Sequence record: SRR20825019_2041
Direction: 5' to 3' (one strand)
DNA: 32,497 bases
The notes beneath the pieces are model-generated. The model worked only from the letters and a program-made list of their open reading frames with translations, searched no databases and was not told where the DNA came from. Below are positions 27,790 to 32,497 of the stretch, one piece after another. Position 1 is the first letter of the stretch, and the number at the start of each line of letters is the position of its first letter. The position numbers were made by a program, and so were the translations under genes.

Positions 27790-29403
27790 ATGAAAGAAAT
27801 GAAAATTTTCAAATTTCTGAAAATAGCACTTAAATGCAGCAGAAAATTATCACTGATTCTCACCACAGGGAAAAATTTTCATAAAAAAATTAAAGCAGTG
27901 CCTCCCCTTATTCTTATGCTTTTCGCGGCACAGCCTTTAGAAGCATCAAATATTGAACTGAAAAGCCCTTGTCCGTTCCCAGCTGGCCAGGAAGTTCCGC
28001 TAGACCGTTTGGTGTGCGGCTATCTTCATGTACCGGAAAATAGAGAGGTGCCCACCTCAAGTCTCATCTCATTGCCTTTCGCAATAATAAAGACAGAAGC
28101 CAGAGAACCTGCACATGATCCGGTCGTTTTTCTGACAGGTGGCCCCGGCGCATCAGCGACCAGCAGCCCGCACACATTTCAGTTGTTCGCTCGCCATGCA
28201 TTCGGAGCAAACAGGGACATTATCCTCCTGACTCAACGCGGCGGTTTCATGACGGAGCCTGCCTTGACATGCCATGAACTTTCAGAAGCTAGAGTTTCTA
28301 TTTACTTAGAAGACCACACCCTTAAAGAACGAGATAACGCGATTACTGAAGTCGCCATTAATTGTCTGGTTCAGTTGCAGGAATCCGGTCGTGACCTTCA
28401 GAGCTATAACGCCGCTTCAAATGCCCAAGACCTGAAGGACTTGAGACAAGCCTTACAGATCGAAGAATGGAATTTACTTGGTGTTTCCTACGGCACGTAC
28501 ATAGCGCTCGAAGCCGCTCGTATTGATACAGTCGGCATTCGCAGCATGATCCTCGATTCTCCGGTATCCATGGAGAGTGATTTGTTTATGTCAGAAGCAC
28601 AGAAAAATTTCAGCGATGGAATGAAACGGGTTGTAAATGCATGCCATAGCACGCTCTCCTGTAAGCAACGGTTCCCCAAATTAGGTGAAGGGCTTCAATC
28701 CCTTATCCGATCCTTAAAAGAAAAACCTATAACACTTACACTGGACGGTAAGGACGGTGCCGTGGAGATGGTTGTCAACTGGCATGACTTTCTAAATCTG
28801 ACCCACTGGATGCTCTATAACGCAAAGTCGCTGCCACTTATCCCATTGCTAATTGAAGCGACATATAGCGGAGACTATAGGCTGCTCACGCACCTTATGA
28901 ATACTGTTTTCCCCGCTCCAAAAAATGCAACGGAAAGTGCTGCAGGCACTTTTTTTGCTGTTGTCTGCCAAGACCAATTCACAGAGAGAAATCCTATCCC
29001 AAAACCAACTGAACCAACAGACTTTGGGGATTTTGCCATCACCAGTTTTATGGAGGATATATGTGAAAGCCCGCGCCTCAATTATGGGACACAACCAATA
29101 CCTGAACCTCTTAAAACTGATGTCCCAACACTGCTTCTTTCAGGTAATTTTGACCCCATGACTCCAAGCCGGTACGCGGAAGACATAGCTAAAAATCTGT
29201 CACACAGTACCCTTATCCACATCCAGAATTATGGGCACTCTACCCTCAGCGGTTATACAGAATGCCAGACAGATGTGGCTGCTATGTTTCTGGACAGCCC
29301 TGATGAAAAAGTAAACTCATCGTGCCTTTCAGTAATCCCGGACGTAGACTTTCAAACATCACGAGAGGCCGTTTATGCGAAGCTGGGCCTTCAACCATGC
29401 TGA
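27790..29403 (+). CDS. Alpha/beta hydrolase, TAP-like (tripeptidyl aminopeptidase/S33-type), probably exported; start uncertain
   Basis: CGYLHVPENR, FLTGGPG, QRG, GVSYGT nucleophile, ILDS, LLLSGNFDPMTP, GHST, paired Cys residues. The first ~35 codons are AT-rich and may be non-coding (alternative GTG near 27898). Confidence 0.85.
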   Translation: MKEMKIFKFLKIALKCSRKLSLILTTGKNFHKKIKAVPPLILMLFAAQPLEASNIELKSPCPFPAGQEVPLDRLVCGYLHVPENREVPTSSLISLPFAIIKTEAREPAHDPVVFLTGGPGASATSSPHTFQLFARHAFGANRDIILLTQRGGFMTEPALTCHELSEARVSIYLEDHTLKERDNAITEVAINCLVQLQESGRDLQSYNAASNAQDLKDLRQALQIEEWNLLGVSYGTYIALEAARIDTVGIRSMILDSPVSMESDLFMSEAQKNFSDGMKRVVNACHSTLSCKQRFPKLGEGLQSLIRSLKEKPITLTLDGKDGAVEMVVNWHDFLNLTHWMLYNAKSLPLIPLLIEATYSGDYRLLTHLMNTVFPAPKNATESAAGTFFAVVCQDQFTERNPIPKPTEPTDFGDFAITSFMEDICESPRLNYGTQPIPEPLKTDVPTLLLSGNFDPMTPSRYAEDIAKNLSHSTLIHIQNYGHSTLSGYTECQTDVAAMFLDSPDEKVNSSCLSVIPDVDFQTSREAVYAKLGLQPC

Positions 29404-29408
29404 AATTA

Positions 29409-29424
29409 TTTTCTTATTTGAAAA
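29409..29424. promoter_or_regulatory. Putative operator copy upstream of the TRAP genes
   Basis: TTTTCT-TATT-TGAAAA, with the same spacing as the other copies. Confidence 0.45.
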
Positions 29425-29523
29425 TTTTTTCTTTCATGATAAGTCGTGAAAAGTATCACCGCTCGGCATAAGGTATGCGAGTACTGATTATAGACTAGTT
29501 ACCCTGTGGGAGGGGAGAGTAGT

Positions 29524-30807
29524 ATGCAAGCGGTTATAACCATCGCTATCGTTCTCGTATTTGCAAGCTTTGGTGTTGCCCTTGCCTACGCCATCGGTGC
29601 CAGTGCAGTCATCACATATTATCTAACGGATAGCGCTCGCTTTCTTATAGTTGCACCGCAGCGCATCTTCTCACAATTAGATTCCTTTACTATCATGGCC
29701 ATGCCGCTGTTCATTTTGGCGGGTGAATTTATGAATCGATCAGGCGCAACAAAGTCTCTTATCGATTTTTCGTTGTTGTTTCTGGGTCGCCTACGGGGAG
29801 GCCTTGGTCACGTTAATATCATGACATCTGTCTTTTTTGCCGGTATCAGCGGATCAGCGGTGGCCGATGTCGCAGCACTCTCGAATACATTTGTGCCTCA
29901 AATGGAAAAAAGAGGATATGACAGAGAATATGCAGGTGCCATAACGGCAGCCTCTTCTGTTATTGGGCCTATCATCCCTCCGTCCATTATCCTGATCCTT
30001 TACGGCGCTATCATGTCAACGGATGTCGCCGCCTTGTTCGCCGCAGGTATTATACCAGGCTTGCTTTTGGCGACCGGCCTGTTTGTGACCAACTGGATCA
30101 TAGCTAAAAAAGAAAACCATCCAGGTGGTAGCAAAGAAGATATTCCGCCACTTTGGCCTACCCTAAAAAGATCGCTACCCGCTCTATCCCTGCCTATTGT
30201 AATCCTTGGAGGCATTGTTTTTGGTGTCATGACCCCAATTGAAGCAGGAGCACTGGCGTGCCTTGCTGGAGCTGTCCTTGGGTTTGCCTTTGGGGAAATG
30301 AACGTTGCATCCGCAAAAGAAGGGATCGAGAAAACTGCCCTGCTTACCGGCTCTATTTTTGCGATCATGGCCGCAGCTTCCGTGCTCAGCTATCTGATTT
30401 CCCTACATCAGGTACCAGTTATGATTGCGAACCTAGTCAGCTCCATTCACCTTGAAGGTGTCTGGTATATTCTCCTCATCACGGCGACCTTCCTTATCCT
30501 CGGTATGGGTTTTGACTTTATGCTGGCGCTTACAATCGTTGCGCCGTTGTTGGTGCCTGTTGCAGTTGCACAAGGTTTTCACCCTGTAATGCTAGGCATG
30601 CTCATATGCCTGAACCTCGCTATCGGCCTCATAACGCCTCCGCTGGGCGGCGCTGTCATGATGGTGTCAACTATCACAGGTCAGGGCTATTGGTCCCTCT
30701 GTAAACGGGTAATGCCCTTCGTTGTTGCGGAGCTAATCATACTGCTATTGATTGCCCTTATTCCTGAACTGTCCCTCTATTTACCAAGAAAGCTGGGGTT
30801 ACTATGA
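29524..30807 (+). CDS. dctM: TRAP transporter large permease
   Basis: AMPLFILAGEFM, GGLGHVNI, FAGISGSAVAD, IIPPSI, TPIEA, IGLITPPLG; about 12 TM segments. Confidence 0.95.
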   Translation: MQAVITIAIVLVFASFGVALAYAIGASAVITYYLTDSARFLIVAPQRIFSQLDSFTIMAMPLFILAGEFMNRSGATKSLIDFSLLFLGRLRGGLGHVNIMTSVFFAGISGSAVADVAALSNTFVPQMEKRGYDREYAGAITAASSVIGPIIPPSIILILYGAIMSTDVAALFAAGIIPGLLLATGLFVTNWIIAKKENHPGGSKEDIPPLWPTLKRSLPALSLPIVILGGIVFGVMTPIEAGALACLAGAVLGFAFGEMNVASAKEGIEKTALLTGSIFAIMAAASVLSYLISLHQVPVMIANLVSSIHLEGVWYILLITATFLILGMGFDFMLALTIVAPLLVPVAVAQGFHPVMLGMLICLNLAIGLITPPLGGAVMMVSTITGQGYWSLCKRVMPFVVAELIILLLIALIPELSLYLPRKLGLL

Positions 30808-31823
30808 AACGCCGGTCCTTTTTAAAACATGCTGCTTCACTCGCCGTAGTATCAGGCTTTAGTGCTACCGGTCTCAAAGCCCTTACAATAGACAATGATG
30901 TGAAGTTTGGATTCTCGAGCCCTGCAAGCCTTGAGAATAATGGTGTTTATGTTTGGCTTGACGCCTGCGCTCAGGTTTTGCGTGAAAATGGATTTGGAAC
31001 CCGAATGTACCCAAACAGTGGCCTCGGCGGTGAAATGGAACGCCTATACCAAACACAACTTGGCCTAATGGAGCTGAATGTAACGAGCGGTGATTCCATT
31101 GGTCGGTGGTCTCCCCTGCTATATGCTGGTGCGCGTCCTTTCTTAATTGAAACCTATGAGCACATGGACCGGCTGCTGACAGAGACACCATACCTGAAAG
31201 CGATGTCGGAGGAGCTTGCACCTCATGACATTGAGATTGTTGATATCGTCTATACAGGATCAATGGTTGGTCTATTTACCCGCGGACTTCCAGTTAGAAC
31301 CCTCGCTGACCTCAGAAATCTGCGACTTAGAGTTTTAAGTGCCGCTGACATGGACCTGCTTCACGCATGGGACGTGCGGGGTGTACAAGTCGCATGGGAA
31401 GAAGTGGCACAAGCCCTTCAGACAGGTATGGTTGACGCTTATCTCAACCCACCAAATATTGCTCCCATGTATGGGCACGGCGCTGTATTGGACTATTTCA
31501 CAGACCTCGGGATGGGACCTGCAGTTCGGATACTTATCGTCTCTAAAAAATGGCTAAACAGTCTGTCATCAGAGCAGCTTGCAGTTTTTAAACAGGCGAA
31601 AACCGCTGGGCGAAAAGCGAACCGGGCATGGAACAAAAATGCCATAAAGCGAGATAGAGAACGCCTTGAGAAAACAGGTATTCAGTGGATTTCACTGACA
31701 CACGCTGAGCGGGACGAATGGGTGGAAGCTTGCAGAAAAATCCCACCAAATAGGTGGGAAGTTAAGGAAAAAACGGTACAGTATCTAGAATGGGTCCAGC
31801 AAACCTCAGAGGTGCCGTCATGA
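30804..31823 (+). CDS. dctP: TRAP transporter substrate-binding protein with Tat signal peptide
   Basis: MKRRSFLK twin-arginine motif; YPNSGLGGE, DLRNLRLRV, EVAQALQTGMVDA. Confidence 0.9.
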   Translation: MKRRSFLKHAASLAVVSGFSATGLKALTIDNDVKFGFSSPASLENNGVYVWLDACAQVLRENGFGTRMYPNSGLGGEMERLYQTQLGLMELNVTSGDSIGRWSPLLYAGARPFLIETYEHMDRLLTETPYLKAMSEELAPHDIEIVDIVYTGSMVGLFTRGLPVRTLADLRNLRLRVLSAADMDLLHAWDVRGVQVAWEEVAQALQTGMVDAYLNPPNIAPMYGHGAVLDYFTDLGMGPAVRILIVSKKWLNSLSSEQLAVFKQAKTAGRKANRAWNKNAIKRDRERLEKTGIQWISLTHAERDEWVEACRKIPPNRWEVKEKTVQYLEWVQQTSEVPS

Positions 31824-32308
31824 CCGCTTTTGTTTCCATTCTGACCACCATGTCTGTGCTCGGGAACAAAGTCTGCAAAACGGTCGCCTCTGTCGGCATT
31901 CTCGTTATGCTGCTCTGCATCCTTTACCAGATTGCAGCCCGCTATATTTTCAATGAGCCGCCAGCATGGCCTGAGGAGCTGGCGCGCTATGCTATGATTT
32001 GGGCGGGATTCACCGGCGCAACCGTTGCATTCAAAGCAAAAACAGACCCAACGCTCTTCAATGCCGAAAACTTGATCAATCCACATATTCGGAAGTTATC
32101 AAAAGCATTGGAAGCTATCGCTGTTTTTGCTTTCTGGGTACCTGTCCTTCTTGCTATGCCAAAATTTATTGAACTACAAAGCACCCGCGCAAGCGAGGCT
32201 CTTGAGATACCAAATGTTTACATTATGCTGATCATGCCCGTTTGTGTTTTGATTATCCTTCTGCACCTTAGTGTAAGGCTGCTTGGAGGCTCGGATAAAA
32301 GTAATTAA
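31820..32308 (+). CDS. dctQ: TRAP transporter small permease
   Basis: Four TM segments, QIAARYIFN, WPEELARYAMIW. ATG 31820 overlaps the dctP stop (ATGA). Confidence 0.92.
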   Translation: MTAFVSILTTMSVLGNKVCKTVASVGILVMLLCILYQIAARYIFNEPPAWPEELARYAMIWAGFTGATVAFKAKTDPTLFNAENLINPHIRKLSKALEAIAVFAFWVPVLLAMPKFIELQSTRASEALEIPNVYIMLIMPVCVLIILLHLSVRLLGGSDKSN

Positions 32309-32445
32309 CTGCGTCAGCATTCTACATCATACATAATCACAGCCTCTCCCGGCTATAATTGACAAGTCTAGCCTCCCTCGCCTTTGACCAAGACAAGGTC
32401 ATCCCCACGACCATCAAGCGCTCAGGGTCCATGCAGCTCCATAAC

Positions 32446-32497
32446 TAAGACCCGACACATGATCTCACCCGGGTCAATTCTCGGTGAAAACACCGGG
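32446..32497 (+). mobile_element. Probable IS21-family right-end terminal repeats, running off the window
   Basis: CCCGGGTCAATTCTCGGTGAAAACACCGGG resembles the reiterated GGGTCAATTCTC.GTG.AAA units of IS21-type ends. No istA/istB ORF lies upstream within the window. Confidence 0.5.

Noticed and set aside
29397-29471. 24-codon ORF (MLKLFSYLKIF...) before dctM as a leader peptide
   Set aside because: It overlaps the AT-rich operator-like sequence, which explains its composition, and there is no attenuator structure.
1-32497. CRISPR arrays, tRNA or rRNA genes, retron-type ncRNA
   Set aside because: I saw no regularly spaced repeats, cloverleaf or rRNA-like sequence, or reverse transcriptase by eye. 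A covariance-model scan would be needed to exclude small RNAs.

Overview
Bacterial window, probably alphaproteobacterial (inferred from gene content and IS-end style), made almost entirely of accessory DNA in three blocks. (1) 1-1607: 3' part of a CocE/NonD-family serine hydrolase and its hairpin. (2) ~1620-10010: a two-system anti-phage island. A stand-alone PHP-phosphoesterase/ABC-ATPase fusion (Ppl/TrlF-like) converges on a complete qatABCD operon. It is followed by a scar missed by the ORF track: the C-terminal remnant of an MFS transporter fused to the right end of an IS3-family element. (3) 10133-32308: a ~22 kb catabolic locus containing a sulfatase, XRE-cupin regulator, D-amino acid dehydrogenase, a 7-gene operon (M81/MlrC-like peptidase, membrane M28 peptidase, GH172/DUF2961 glycosidase, fucose/D-arabinose isomerase-like protein, FGGY kinase, HSL esterase, Rid protein), a TonB-dependent receptor plus membrane-anchored beta-lactamase-fold peptidase, a TAP-like hydrolase and a TRAP transporter in M-P-Q order. 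A palindrome TTTTCW-N4-WGAAAA recurs in four upstream regions of this locus. The window ends in what looks like an IS21-family terminal repeat. The best candidate for an undescribed system is block 3: an apparently co-regulated import and degradation pathway combining D-amino-acid peptide breakdown with a furanosidase-isomerase-kinase module. All family calls come from motif recognition, not database searches.
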